In this document: piece by piece, positions 21,974 to 33,041 of the stretch
Position numbering within the stretch: the stretch's first letter is position 1
Layout: every line of letters begins with the position of its first letter
Source: Saprolegnia diclina VS20
Lineage: Eukaryota
Length of the DNA stretch: 45,897 bases
Assembly (NCBI RefSeq): GCF_000281045.1
Contig: NW_008246110.1
Location: 326,918 to 372,814, forward strand
Reading direction: 5' to 3'
Notes under the pieces: model-generated
What the model was told of the DNA's origin: nothing
The model's database searches: none
What the model saw: the letters and a program-made list of their open reading frames with translations, nothing else
Program-made: the position numbers and the translations under genes

Positions 21974-23287
21974 TTAGAGTTCCCACGGCGCTTTGTCAGG
22001 GAACGTATTATGAAGGTACGTCGTGATAAAGTCGACCCACTCGGGGTGCTCTTCGAGTGCGTTGTGCGACTCGATGTAGATGAACTTGGGGTTCAGAAGG
22101 TAGAGCAGCCATCCGTTGAGAGCCGGCGACCCAATTCCAAGCGGGAGGCGGGTAGAGTACCCGAGAAGCGGCGAGACAAAGCTCACGGCTTCGGGGTGTT
22201 TTGTCGCGAGAAAATCTTGGTACTTGGACATGGGCAGCGGGCCGTTGCGCTTGCAGCGGGTCTCGATCGACCGCGCGCATTCGTCGCCGCACTGCGACAC
22301 GTACGCTTCCATGGCCTCGGCGTGTACGACGTAGGGCACGTGGGGGTCGACGACAAACGCGACGCGGTCGTCGGTCGTCGGCCAGAGACCGTACGGCGCA
22401 TCCATCCACATGTCGTACGGCAAGTTGATGTGCACGAACGAGTTGAGGACGATGCGCCCATCGGCCGTGATGAGGTCGGAGGGCCCGAGTGGCTTGTTGA
22501 CGATAAAGTCGTCGTTGATGTAGAGAAAGCAGTTGCTGCGCAGAATGCCTTTGGCGACCATGCGGTGGAGAAGCATCTCGGTCGGGTTGCTGTTGAACGT
22601 CGGGACGATCTCGGCCGGCATGAACTCGTCGTGGAAGACGACATGGACGTTCTCGCCGAGCGAGACCCACGATGGCACTTGGTTGCGCTCGGTGACAATG
22701 AAGATGCGCTCGACGAACGGCAGGTGCGCGCGCACGGAGCGCATGCTGTACTTGAGCGCTAAGAACGGGTCGGCGTCGCCACCGCCGCCGAGGTAGTCGT
22801 CGACCGGACACTTGTGCTGGACCGAGAGCGCTTGCCACTCGGGGTCGGTCACGTTCACCCATGTGTAGACAGCGTCCATGTTGCCACTCGACGCGTTCGC
22901 ATCGCACGTGTAGTGCGTATGGTTGGGCGGCAAGTCACTCAAAGACGGCCGCGCTGGGATCGCGACCAGTACGAGCAGCAGTAGCGCTGGTAGCAGCAGC
23001 GCGAGCGTTATGGAGCGCGTCCAAGTCGAAAGGTAGGCGTGAGCCTTGGGCGAAAGCGCGACGGCGAGGCGAATGAGGCCAAGCAGCACGAATGGCGACA
23101 CGAGGAAGAGGTTGACGACATAGCGCAGCTTGGTGGGCTCGTCGAGGCCGTCGCCGCTGTCGCTGCGCAGGTGCTGCGATGGCGCAAAGGTGTCTCGCCA
23201 GCTCAGTAGCTCGACGACGTCGTTAATCACGACCAGTGAGATGCAGGCGAGGAGGACATGGAAGCCGCGCTTGCGGACGAAGCTCAT
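21974..23287 (-). CDS. Stealth-family hexose-1-phosphoryl transferase, membrane anchored, intronless
   Basis: CR1 MDAVYTWVNVTDPEW; CR2 LKYSMRSV..IFIVT..QVPSW..PTFNS..FLYINDDF; CR3 HVPY; C-terminal FPDKAPWE; three N-terminal hydrophobic segments. Confidence 0.9.
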   Translation of the reverse strand: MSFVRKRGFHVLLACISLVVINDVVELLSWRDTFAPSQHLRSDSGDGLDEPTKLRYVVNLFLVSPFVLLGLIRLAVALSPKAHAYLSTWTRSITLALLLPALLLLVLVAIPARPSLSDLPPNHTHYTCDANASSGNMDAVYTWVNVTDPEWQALSVQHKCPVDDYLGGGGDADPFLALKYSMRSVRAHLPFVERIFIVTERNQVPSWVSLGENVHVVFHDEFMPAEIVPTFNSNPTEMLLHRMVAKGILRSNCFLYINDDFIVNKPLGPSDLITADGRIVLNSFVHINLPYDMWMDAPYGLWPTTDDRVAFVVDPHVPYVVHAEAMEAYVSQCGDECARSIETRCKRNGPLPMSKYQDFLATKHPEAVSFVSPLLGYSTRLPLGIGSPALNGWLLYLLNPKFIYIESHNALEEHPEWVDFITTYLHNTFPDKAPWEL

Positions 23288-23880
23288 CTCGCCGGATTAT
23301 GCTAGATGTTGGTGAAGCCGAAGGTTGCAACACTATATATATGTTATGTGCATAGAGTTGGATTATTTTTCATTTGGTGTGAAACATGTATTATCTCCAT
23401 ATAAAATGTTGTAGGATTGTGCAAAATAAAATAAAAAGGCCGCACGACCAATGGAACGCGTCGAGTGGCTAGAAAATAGTGTGGTCCAGAAAGCTGGTCA
23501 GTTCACGCCAATGGTGGTCACATTATCCACGACACTGGCACCACGTCCATACAAGGCGCGACCCGGACACTACAAGTATGACACGACCCGGCCATCAATA
23601 TTGATGTTTGCAATAGCATGCAGACGTTTTGCAGGAGCTGTCTTTGGTTGGGAGCGACGCCATAAGCTTATGGCTTAAGCTTATCTAACTTTATTCAGCA
23701 GCAGAGGAAGGGCCGGAGCGAATGGCCGGAGAAAAAAGAGTTCGATCTTTACTGTCCACGATTCTGATCGTTATGATGCAGAAATGTGGCGTCAAAATTG
23801 GTCGTTCGTATATAAGTATGAAGGTCCAAATTTACTCGTATTCCTTTGCCTCATGCAGTGTCACAGGCACCCTAGATATA

Positions 23881-23894
23881 TACTCCGTCCCATA
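23881..23894 (+). repeat. Solo terminal-inverted-repeat end (TA + CTCCGTCCCATA)
   Basis: Identical over 14 nt, including the TA, to the left end of the MITE at 44738-44751. No partner end was seen. Confidence 0.45.
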
Positions 23895-25639
23895 GTGCCC
23901 ACCACGACGAGGTGAATGAGGCATACATACCACACAAGAAAGCTGTGTGCTTTCCTTGTGATTTTTATTGCATTTAGAGGCATTTCTGGCCTTCCAACAC
24001 CAACCTCCTCCAATGTGCTGGCATCGCGCCAACCATTCCGCATCAACTCGATACCTTGATACACTACGATTCGGCAGGATTTCACGGGGTCGCTTCGCAA
24101 CCGATCGGACACCCGAGCAGCGATGATGTACTTTAAATTTTCGATTTGCATAATTATCCTCTATGCTGTCAGCATCGTCAATGGTGTGCTGCTGCCTTTG
24201 GCGTGACGTCTAAAACAGAAGAACATTTTTGACGGCTCCACATTCTATTTGGGCAGTGACGTCGTCGCGTGCGACTTGTTGACGTTTTCGCCGTCCGTTT
24301 GGTTGGAGATTTTATTCGTGGCTGGCGTGCACTCGAAACCGTCCATTGTACCGTGTACATACGTCACGTTTGTCAGTAAAAGAAGCACCGCGTGATCTCT
24401 CCAGGATGGGAGCCAAGCGGCGGTGCACTGTCGGCACCATCTCTCCGACTGCAGGTCATTGGGAATACTAGTGGTCGATACACCTGCAGCTTCGACGGCC
24501 CAGCTGCCGCCTCTGCACGCACAGAAAGAAGCCAACGATGCGCGATGCGGCAATGTCCAACGGTGCTGACGGATTTGCAGCTCTCAGTCCGCTGCACAGT
24601 CCACAACGTTCCTGCGAAGAACACATCCTTCCGATTGGAAATTAGTTTATCGTTGGGTTCAACAAAGCATTCCCGTCAATACGCAAGGCGGATACTCCGC
24701 AGCCCATCGCACACAAAGCGGGTTGAGCACTTGTAAGGAGACTTGTTGGCGGCGTCTGGTGAGTGCCACGGCCGCTTCGATGCACAGAAGCCTTGTGCCA
24801 CACTGCGCGTCGTTGAGGATAGCTTGTTCCTTGTGCAAAGGCGCCACGAGCAACAAATAATCCGTCGAGTTGGGTGCATTTTTATTGCGCCGCGTTCGTT
24901 TCCGAGGACGAGCAATCCTAGAATTGTGAATCTCTCGAGGAAAGCTATGTATCTAGTAGCAGCTTGGGAGGAGGCTGCATGAGGATGCGTCGGCCTCAAG
25001 AATTTGGGCCGCGCAAGCTGCTTTTGGATGTGGCCTTGCTCGAAATTTGGCCCGCTGTACTTTCGGCCGGTTTCTCACACGCGGATGTGAAAAACACGTG
25101 CCAAATAGTGTACACACATCAAATCGTGTGCCAGTGCGACATGCAATGTGTATCGGGTTGAGGCTGCGTCCATACAAACATCAATAGTAGATCGACCCTG
25201 TAACAACACAGGATTGCACCTAGGATGCTGCGCGAGCCTTCTTGCCCGCTTTCTGGACGTCCTTGAATAAACGTGCATAGCAAGCGCGATGGCACACCAC
25301 CGTGTCTATAGAGGCGCGCCGCCGACTCGTGCTCGTGCAGTCTCACGATGACAGTATATCGGTCGGGCGGTCATGTTTATACTAATTGGCGGGTGGAAAT
25401 TGCAGAATGGCACGTGGGAAATCCAATTTGCCACCCACGCTGACGCCATGGCCAGTGCTGCGACATGACGAACCATCAGATGAGCTCAAACTCAACTGTG
25501 ATGCTGGTCGGCGGACATAGAGTCTGTAAGCTTAGTGTGCGCTATTGTATCAACCGGTCGGGTGGAAAAAGAATCCGGTTCCGTTGAGTTTGAGTTTCGG
25601 GGCGAACCGACCGGAGTTTCCATTCTCAAAACAAGCGTG

Positions 25640-27455
25640 ATGCGAACCAACAGCGAGCGGGCGTCCCGCCACTCGTGGACGTCGCACATGGAGTACGGCA
25701 GCCAGGAGATGCCCGACAACTGCGACTCGAACTCATACTACGAGGACTTCGAGGGCCGGCCGATCCGCGAAGGCGGCGTGCTCAACATCTACTCGTGCGA
25801 GAACATTGGCCTCATCATGAACTACGTGTGCACGGGCTGGGTCGAGGCCATTCTGCCGGCGACCATCTACCCGTTCCTGACCAACTACCTCAACATGGAC
25901 GGCTACCAGACGCAGGCCGCGTATGTGCTCATCACGCTGCCCTACATCCTCAAGACAGTGTTTGCGCTACTCTCGGACTGCCTTCCGATCATGGGCCGCC
26001 GGCGAAAGCCGTATATGGTCATTGGCTGGATCATCTCGTTCACGCTCATTGTGGTTGCGATCTTTGACACGCAGGGCTCGCCGTACTGGGCGTTCGGTGA
26101 CGACAACCTTCTCGACGACCCCGAGATGTTTCGCACGGTACGCCATGGCGCCGTCGCTCTGGGCTCATAGACGACTATGGCGCGTAGGTCATCAATGCGA
26201 ACGCGCCGAACGAAGGCTTTCGCTACGTGATGTACATGATGTTTGCGTCGTTTGGCTTTGTCATGGCCGAGACCGCGGGCGACGCCGTCATGATTGAGTT
26301 TGCGCAGCGCGAGCCCGCCAACATTCGCGGTACGACGCAGACCATGGTGACGCTCGCCAAGTTTCTCAGCGGCGGCGTCGGCGCCGTCATTGTCGCCATT
26401 TGCTTCAACGGCACCGAGTACGGCGGCACGTTTGGCTGGTCGCTGACGTACAACCAAGTCATGATCCTCGCCGCGATCGGGCCCGTACGTCCTTTCGCCT
26501 CTCCATCTTCCTACGATACAGAGTTGTTTCTCGTAGGTTGTTGGCTTTATCTCGTCCTTCTTCATTCCCGACCAAATCATCCTCGGCGACTCGTTCCAAG
26601 ACCGGTTCCGGGACCTCTGGAGCGCGGGCAAGAAGCGCGCCGTGTGGCAGCTCATGGCCTTCAACTTTTTCAACGCCTTCTTCTTTGACGCGGTCGCGGC
26701 GCCGTCCGATATCATCAAGCGGTCGTGGGCCCAGGTCGAGCCGTTCGTCGACGGTGTCTTCTCCAACGTCCTCGCCGTCTTCCTCTTCTCGCTCGCCATG
26801 CATTTCACGCGGCAGTGCTTTCTCCACACCAATTGGCGCATGATCATCTTTGTCACGACGATCGTCACAGTCGTCATCCAGGTAGAGTCCATCCGTCGGC
26901 GTCTCTGGCGTGCTGATACCTCAGTAGTGGACCGTCGACTTTCTCTGTGTCTTTAACGTCATTCGGTCCCAGTACTTTTACATGGGCGTGCCGCTGACGT
27001 ACCAGATCCCGGTCGCGATCCGCGGCATTGTCGTGAGCTTTGCGACCGTCGAGATCGCCGACGAGCGCTTCGAAGCCTCGACGTACGCGCTCATCTCGAC
27101 CATGCACGCGGTCGCCGGTCCGATCTCGACGTCGATCTTCAAGCAAATCGACGCGCAGTTTCGCGCGTACAAGAACGACATTGCGACCGACACGCCGGCC
27201 GTGCGCTGGGAGGTGGCGTACTGCCTCTTGTTTTGCTACGGATCCCGCCTCTTCTCGAACGTGACGCTCTTCTTGCTGCCGCGGCAAAAGAAGGAGGCGC
27301 AGGAGCTGCGGCTCCTCGGCGACACCAACCCGCACCTCTCGATCTTTATGCTCGTCCTCGGCGGCTTTGCGCTCGTTTGGGGCGTCGCCACCAACATCAT
27401 GTCGATCGACCCGAACACGGCGTGCATGCCCCTCGCCGGCGGCCCCGGGTGTTGA
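25640..27455 (+). CDS. Folate-biopterin (BT1)-like MFS transmembrane transporter, 4 exons
   Basis: LSDCLPIMGRRRKPYMVIGW, DAVMIEFAQREP...RGTTQ and LFLLPRQKKEAQEL. Introns at 26138-26187, 26485-26536 and 26882-26927 keep the frame. Confidence 0.85.
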
Positions 27456-27488
27456 GCGACCGATACTACGAGCAGTCTATATGTATAC

Positions 27489-30476
27489 TTATTCCCCTTC
27501 TTCCGACTCGGTGTCGTCGAGCGCCGAGACCCGCACGGCGTTGAAAAGGAACCGGTCCCACTCGGTGACGACCTGCGGGTCCCGCCACAGCAGATGCGTC
27601 CGCGCCGTGATGACCCCGGTGATCTATCGCACAAGAACATCGCGAATGGCACACGACCTCGGAGCGGACCTCGGCGTGGAACGTAGCATTGGTGCCGAGC
27701 TTCAGCGCCATCGCAATGTACGCGTCCGTGTCTGCACACAGCAAATGCGAGAGTCCCACGCGTCGGAAGAAGGCGGGCGCCATGCGGGCGCGCAGGTGCG
27801 TGGCGTCGCGCACGACCAACGGGCGTCCGAGCGCGAGCGCCTCCTAGAAACGGTGTAGGGAAAGTTGCACAATATTGTCATGTCTACCGCAGACGTCTTC
27901 GAGCCGCCAAACGGAAATGGATGCAGTACGACAGTCGCAACGGAGAGGAGACGCATGTACGCGTCGTGCCCGGCAACGCGCGGCAGAAGGTGCAGGCGGT
28001 CAAACGAAGAGCGGGGTAGGGTTGCTCGCAACCGAGCCATGAGCTGCTCCGTCCACGTCCTAGTCATATTCTATCTTCAGTACGGACGAGTCCATGACAC
28101 AGTGTACGCGCGGCGGCCCTGGACGAGCACGACATGGCCGTTGAGGTCTTGAGCCAAGATCGCAGCCAAGACAACATCGAACTCGGGTTGCATCTTGAAG
28201 ACACTCTGCGCACACATATAGATGGTCCAGTGCTCGTCAAGGTTGTAGTCGCTCCGACGACCTGGCGTCGCTGGCAGCAGCGGAGGGTCGTACCTAAACT
28301 GGCTACCGTCAAGGAATTATTCATACGGTGCGGCGATCTCGGTACCAAATGCCCAACCCCGGCAACAACACGACTTGCTCCGTGTAGTGGTCGCCGTCTC
28401 CGCCCGTACCTTCCACGTCCAAAGCCGCTTCGAGGAGCTCGCTCGAGATGAAGTAGTCGATCGCTGCGATGCCTAGTCGATTGTCATACACATATGCTAT
28501 GATTGGCGCATACCAGACGTTGTTGGGTTGCCCCAAAAGAGAGCTTGGACGCGCGCCAGTCGACCAAAGGCCGTAAAGTAGTTGACCGGGTCGCTCATAA
28601 TGTCGGCAAACACGAGCGCATCCAATGCTAGCGCCGCCACGTCGCGCTGGACGTCAAGCAGGTGCAGGCTCAGATGCACAACGGTGTCCACGGCCGCGAC
28701 CAGTGACGGATCCGGCGCCTCCGAGACCGACGGGACCACCAGTAGGTAGACGCAAAACACCTCGCGGTCCAAGCCAGCGAGCACGCCACGCAGGAGGAGG
28801 CCGTGCGCGTGGTTGGTCAGAAAGCTCTTGGACATGAAGCCGACGCGAATGCAACTTTGCGGCCGCTTGGTGGTGACATGCGGCGCCGTCCACGAGAGCT
28901 GTGGTACGGCCCGTCGATAGAGCGTCGCAAGCGTCTCCTACCGACAAGATGATGGTGTCCACAGTCGGTACCACACGTGGGTGATACGAGAAGACGGCGG
29001 TCGTTCTTGCCGTGGTACACCAAGAAAAAGGGCGGGCGCAGCTCCGTCTGATCGCACAGTACGCATGCAAAGTATCAATGTATCGGGTGGAAACCGTGTA
29101 AAAGTTGGCAAGCGTCATGTCTTGGGCCATGAATGCGTCCAAACGAGCATGTAGCGCCGCGCGCGTCGCGAGCAGCTCGTCTTGCGTCGCGTACACGGGC
29201 GGCAGTAGCAGCGCTGCCTGCAGTCTACGCTCGTGCGAGCGATGTATCTCTTCAGGACAACCGTACCGGAAGATGTCGTTCCGGCTCTGCGCGTACGCCG
29301 TCTCGAGCATTGCGCGAGCGGCAGCCACGTCGCCTAGAGAGCCAACACGGTCGACCTCGCAACATGCCTCACACGGCGTACCGCGCTCGGCGTAGTAAAT
29401 GTAGAGGTTTCCGAGGCTTTGCAGCTGCCCCGGCTCGATCGCGAGCGCCCGCTGAAAGTACGTGGCGGCGGCGTCTTCGCGGCCTCGGTACAGAAGCGCG
29501 GCGCCGAGGTTGTTGAGCAATCCAACGTGCGCTGGCGACTGCTCGAGTAAGCTCGCGTAGACATGCATCGCGTCGTCGAGGCGCCCGTGTTGCTACAGAG
29601 ATGCCACATCTACCCTCCAAGACACAGTGTCGTACATGCCACACCGTCGCCAAGAGCAAGCGTCCCGCAAAGTGCGTCGGGTTGAGCTCCAGCGCCCGCT
29701 CGTAATACGTTATCGCTTCGTGGAGTGCCCCCAATGCTTGACGGACTTGACCAAGTCCCACGTAGCCCTACGCAGCGTCGCTCAATGTGGTCGTCCTTTC
29801 CCAGAATTCGCTCGACGACCTCCACGGCGAGCGGCCCCGACGCGGCAAGCAGGCGACGAAACGCAGTACTCGCCTCGTCCATGACCGAGACGCTCAACCA
29901 TGCGCGACCTAATAGGCGGTCATCGCACCGTCGACGCGATGGGCATATCAGCACGCACGCACCGAGCAGATGCCATGCCTCTACGTGCGTATCCCGGTGA
30001 GCGACGACGGCCTGCAAGTGTGGTATCGCCAGGCGTGGTTCGCTGCGATCCAATAGCACTTTGGCGAGCACGACGCGACAAAACTCTGTCGGTGCGACGC
30101 GAGACCCCGTGCTTGCATGGTCCAAGGTCACAACGTCGTGTTTCTCCTGCAAGCGCCGGGTCTCTGCGAGGTTGCAGTGCAGCATCGCCGTCTTCTTTGG
30201 GTCCGTCTCGAGCGTCAGTGCGTGTGCAAAGTGGATCTCGCCCGAGTGAAAGTCGCCTTCTTGCACGGCCACGGCGCCCAGCAGCTGCCACGCGTCGGCG
30301 GCCATCGGGTCCTCGGCGACGACGCGGGCGTAGATGGCTTTGGCCTTCTCCAAGGCGCCCATGTCCATGTGGAGCCGAATGCCCTCGCGGAGCACGTCGC
30401 TCATGCTGCTGCTGCATGTGGCACATGATGCGAGGAGGATGGCGAGGACGGTCGCCACACGGCGCAGGTGTTGCAT
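27489..30476 (-). CDS. TPR + glycosyltransferase family 41 (SPINDLY/OGT-like) protein with predicted signal peptide, multi-exon
   Basis: N-terminal TPRs (ADAWQLLGAV, LLNNLGAALL), then RVGFMSKSFLTNHAHG, RLARVQALFWGNPTTSG..IDYFISS, VFKMQPEFD and LHPFPFGGSKTS. Last exon ends at TAA 27489. Confidence 0.85.
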
Positions 30477-30515
30477 GCGGCTACGAACGCGTTGGCGTAT
30501 CCTTGCCCCACGTGG

Positions 30516-30690
30516 ATTGGCTCAAAAGTATGCAATATGCGCCAATCGCCGCCACAGGTTGGTGGGGGCGAAAAAAGTAATTCGGATTTCATACTGAAAC
30601 GTAATGATATTGACCGGTTGGTAATTGGCTTGTCGCAGGCGTATTTTGACCAATCGCGGCGCAGGCCCAAGCTCCGCTTGCAGTCATTTT
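30516..30690. promoter_or_regulatory. Divergent promoter with four CCAAT boxes and an INR-like TCATTTT
   Basis: ATTGG/CCAAT at 30516, 30542, 30624 and 30650; TCATTTT at 30684-30690 just upstream of ATG 30714. Confidence 0.55.
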
Positions 30691-30713
30691 GCGAAAGACT
30701 TGGTCGCATCGTC

Positions 30714-33041
30714 ATGAGCAGCCAACGCCCGAGCCAGAACTGGATCCACGAGCAAGCGGCCGAGTACGCGGACCTCGTGAACGACTCGAGCTTCGCCAGC
30801 GTCTCGGGCCATGCAAGCGACGACCCGAACGAGTACCAGCTCATCTGGGAGGGCGGCGACCTCGGCGTCGCGCTCACGACCAACCCCAGCGGCAGTGGCG
30901 TCAGTGTGAGCCGCATCACGGGCAAGGGCTTCCCCCAAGGCATCAAGAGCGTCGTGCCCGGCGACGTGCTCTTGGGCGTGAACGAGCTTGATACGCTCTA
31001 CTTGACGCTGGAGGATGTCGTGAAATTCCTGCAAGAGTGCGACCTGCCCGCGACCCTTCGCCTCACACGCGTCGAAAACGTGGCCACACACATGGCCGCC
31101 AACCCGCGTCCGTCGAGCGGTCGCTCCAGTGTCAAGTCGCGCCCGTCGTACCAGCGCCAGACGTACACGCCGCCGACCAAGGTGCACGCGCCTGTCAGCG
31201 ACGTCGTAACGAGCCCGACCAACGCGGGTCGGCCGCCTTCGTCCAAGAAGAAGGGCATTGCGGGTGCGTATGGCCGTACGTCGTACCAGCAGCAACAAGC
31301 GGTGTCGGCGCCATCGATGCCCAAGCCGATGCCGAAGCATCAGCCAGAGCCCGTCGTTCAGAAGCCGACGCCGGCCCCGGCGCCGGTCGTCTTCGAGGAC
31401 GAAAGCGACGACGACGATGAGCCGATCGTGATGCCCACGATTCCAGCTGCGCCGCAGACGACGTTGAAGTCACCGTACATGACGCAGCCAGCCGCGACGT
31501 CGGCCGAGAAGCCGGCGCCGACCAAGTCCATCCTCAAGCCGTCGCCGCACCCGAACGCACCCATGAAGCCCCCGTCGCCGATCCACGTTGCATCGAACCA
31601 CGATAGTCTTCGCTTCTCGGACGACGGTCGGCCGTCGGCGCCGGTCGACAGCCTTCGCGGCTCAGCGACGTCGAACGCGTCGACGGCGATTGCGATGAGC
31701 GAGCACATGCAAAAGATGTCGTTTAGCATCGACGACGAGCTGCCGGCGAAAGAGAGCAAGGTGCAAGAGTCGGGCCCGATCGCGATGATGGACGAGACGC
31801 TCGACGAGCTCCCGATTCTCGACAACGACTCGATCCACGATTCGTTCATCAAGCTCGTCGACGAAGACGCGGCCGAGCGCGAAATGAAGGAGGAGCTGGA
31901 CCAGGTCTTTGAGGACGACGAAGATTACGAGAACGACATCGAGGGCTCCGACTCGGGCGAAGAGGACCACCAGATGGAGCTGCCGCCGTCGACGCGTGCG
32001 CCTCCGCCGTACATGCCCGAGGTCCGGGACACCATGCGCGTGACGCAGCAGCCGCCGCCACCGGGGCCATCGGTGGCCATGAGCAGCATCCACGATGCCG
32101 CTGCGAAAGGTGACCTCCGGACCGTCCTCACGATCCTTCGCCACGACAAGGCGGGCCCCGAGTGCCTCCTCAAGCGCGAGCCAAACCACGGCCACACGGC
32201 GCTGCACTTGGCCGTCAAGAGCGGGAACGTGCCGCTCGTGCAGATGATGCTCGACCAGTTTGCGGGCATGGGGCCGTCCGCAGAGCTCCTGTCGGTCGAG
32301 GACGACAAGGGCAACACGGCGCTGCATTTTGCAGCGACCAAGACGCCGCACATGGTGCACTTGCTGCTCGAGAACGGTGCGCCGGTCAACGTCAAGAACT
32401 CGCGCGGCCTCACGCCGCTTGTGATTGCGATTTTGACCAACAAGAAGGACGACATTATCATAGTCAACATGCTGCTCAAGTACGGCGCCAACCCGAACGA
32501 GATCCACGAGACGGCGACGATCGTGCACACGGCGGTCAACATGCGGCTCATCAAGGTCGCCGGCGCCCTGGTCAAAGCCGGCGCCAAGCTCGACGTCGAG
32601 GACTCGGACGGCAAAAACGTGTTTGAGAAATGCTCCCGCACGTCGCTGCGGTACCTCCTCTCGCACATTTACTACCCGCCGACGTTCATCTCGGAGAAGG
32701 AGCGGGCGGCGTGCATGCTCTGCCTCAAGAAGATTGGCTTTGGCCACCGCAAGCACAACTGCACGCACTGCGGCCGCCTCTGCTGCACCGAAGACGCGAG
32801 CGTCGCGATTCCGTTTGTACAGTTTCCCCAAGGCTTTCCCGGTCGCGTCCACAAGGGCGCCGGTGTCCTCGAGGAGAAGCGGTGCTGCAAGACGTGCTTC
32901 AACATCCTGCGCGAACGGGCCGCGGCCGCCGCGCCCAAGGAAACCGGCGGCTTTGTCTCGCGCGTCATTGGCGTCGAGTGGGATGAAGTCAACCCGAACA
33001 AGCTCCAGAAGGTCTCGGCGCCGGGCCGCCGGCGAGGCTAA
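30714..33041 (+). CDS. PDZ-like + ankyrin-repeat + FYVE-type zinc finger protein, intronless
   Basis: GDLGVAL...VVPGDVLLGVN (PDZ); GHTALHLAV, GNTALHFAA and GLTPLVIAI (ankyrin); CMLC..RKHNCTHCG..RCCKTC (FYVE-like). Confidence 0.9.
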   Translation: MSSQRPSQNWIHEQAAEYADLVNDSSFASVSGHASDDPNEYQLIWEGGDLGVALTTNPSGSGVSVSRITGKGFPQGIKSVVPGDVLLGVNELDTLYLTLEDVVKFLQECDLPATLRLTRVENVATHMAANPRPSSGRSSVKSRPSYQRQTYTPPTKVHAPVSDVVTSPTNAGRPPSSKKKGIAGAYGRTSYQQQQAVSAPSMPKPMPKHQPEPVVQKPTPAPAPVVFEDESDDDDEPIVMPTIPAAPQTTLKSPYMTQPAATSAEKPAPTKSILKPSPHPNAPMKPPSPIHVASNHDSLRFSDDGRPSAPVDSLRGSATSNASTAIAMSEHMQKMSFSIDDELPAKESKVQESGPIAMMDETLDELPILDNDSIHDSFIKLVDEDAAEREMKEELDQVFEDDEDYENDIEGSDSGEEDHQMELPPSTRAPPPYMPEVRDTMRVTQQPPPPGPSVAMSSIHDAAAKGDLRTVLTILRHDKAGPECLLKREPNHGHTALHLAVKSGNVPLVQMMLDQFAGMGPSAELLSVEDDKGNTALHFAATKTPHMVHLLLENGAPVNVKNSRGLTPLVIAILTNKKDDIIIVNMLLKYGANPNEIHETATIVHTAVNMRLIKVAGALVKAGAKLDVEDSDGKNVFEKCSRTSLRYLLSHIYYPPTFISEKERAACMLCLKKIGFGHRKHNCTHCGRLCCTEDASVAIPFVQFPQGFPGRVHKGAGVLEEKRCCKTCFNILRERAAAAAPKETGGFVSRVIGVEWDEVNPNKLQKVSAPGRRRG

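Noticed and set aside
23659..23674. 16-bp perfect palindrome GCCATAAGCTTATGGC
   Set aside because: About one is expected by chance in 46 kb, and there is no supporting context.
30468..30713. In-frame N-terminal extensions given by the ORF track (also 1673, 6384, 12861, 33985, 40181, 44640)
   Set aside because: Most run through promoter-like or AT-rich DNA and several start at non-ATG codons; the downstream ATGs fit better.
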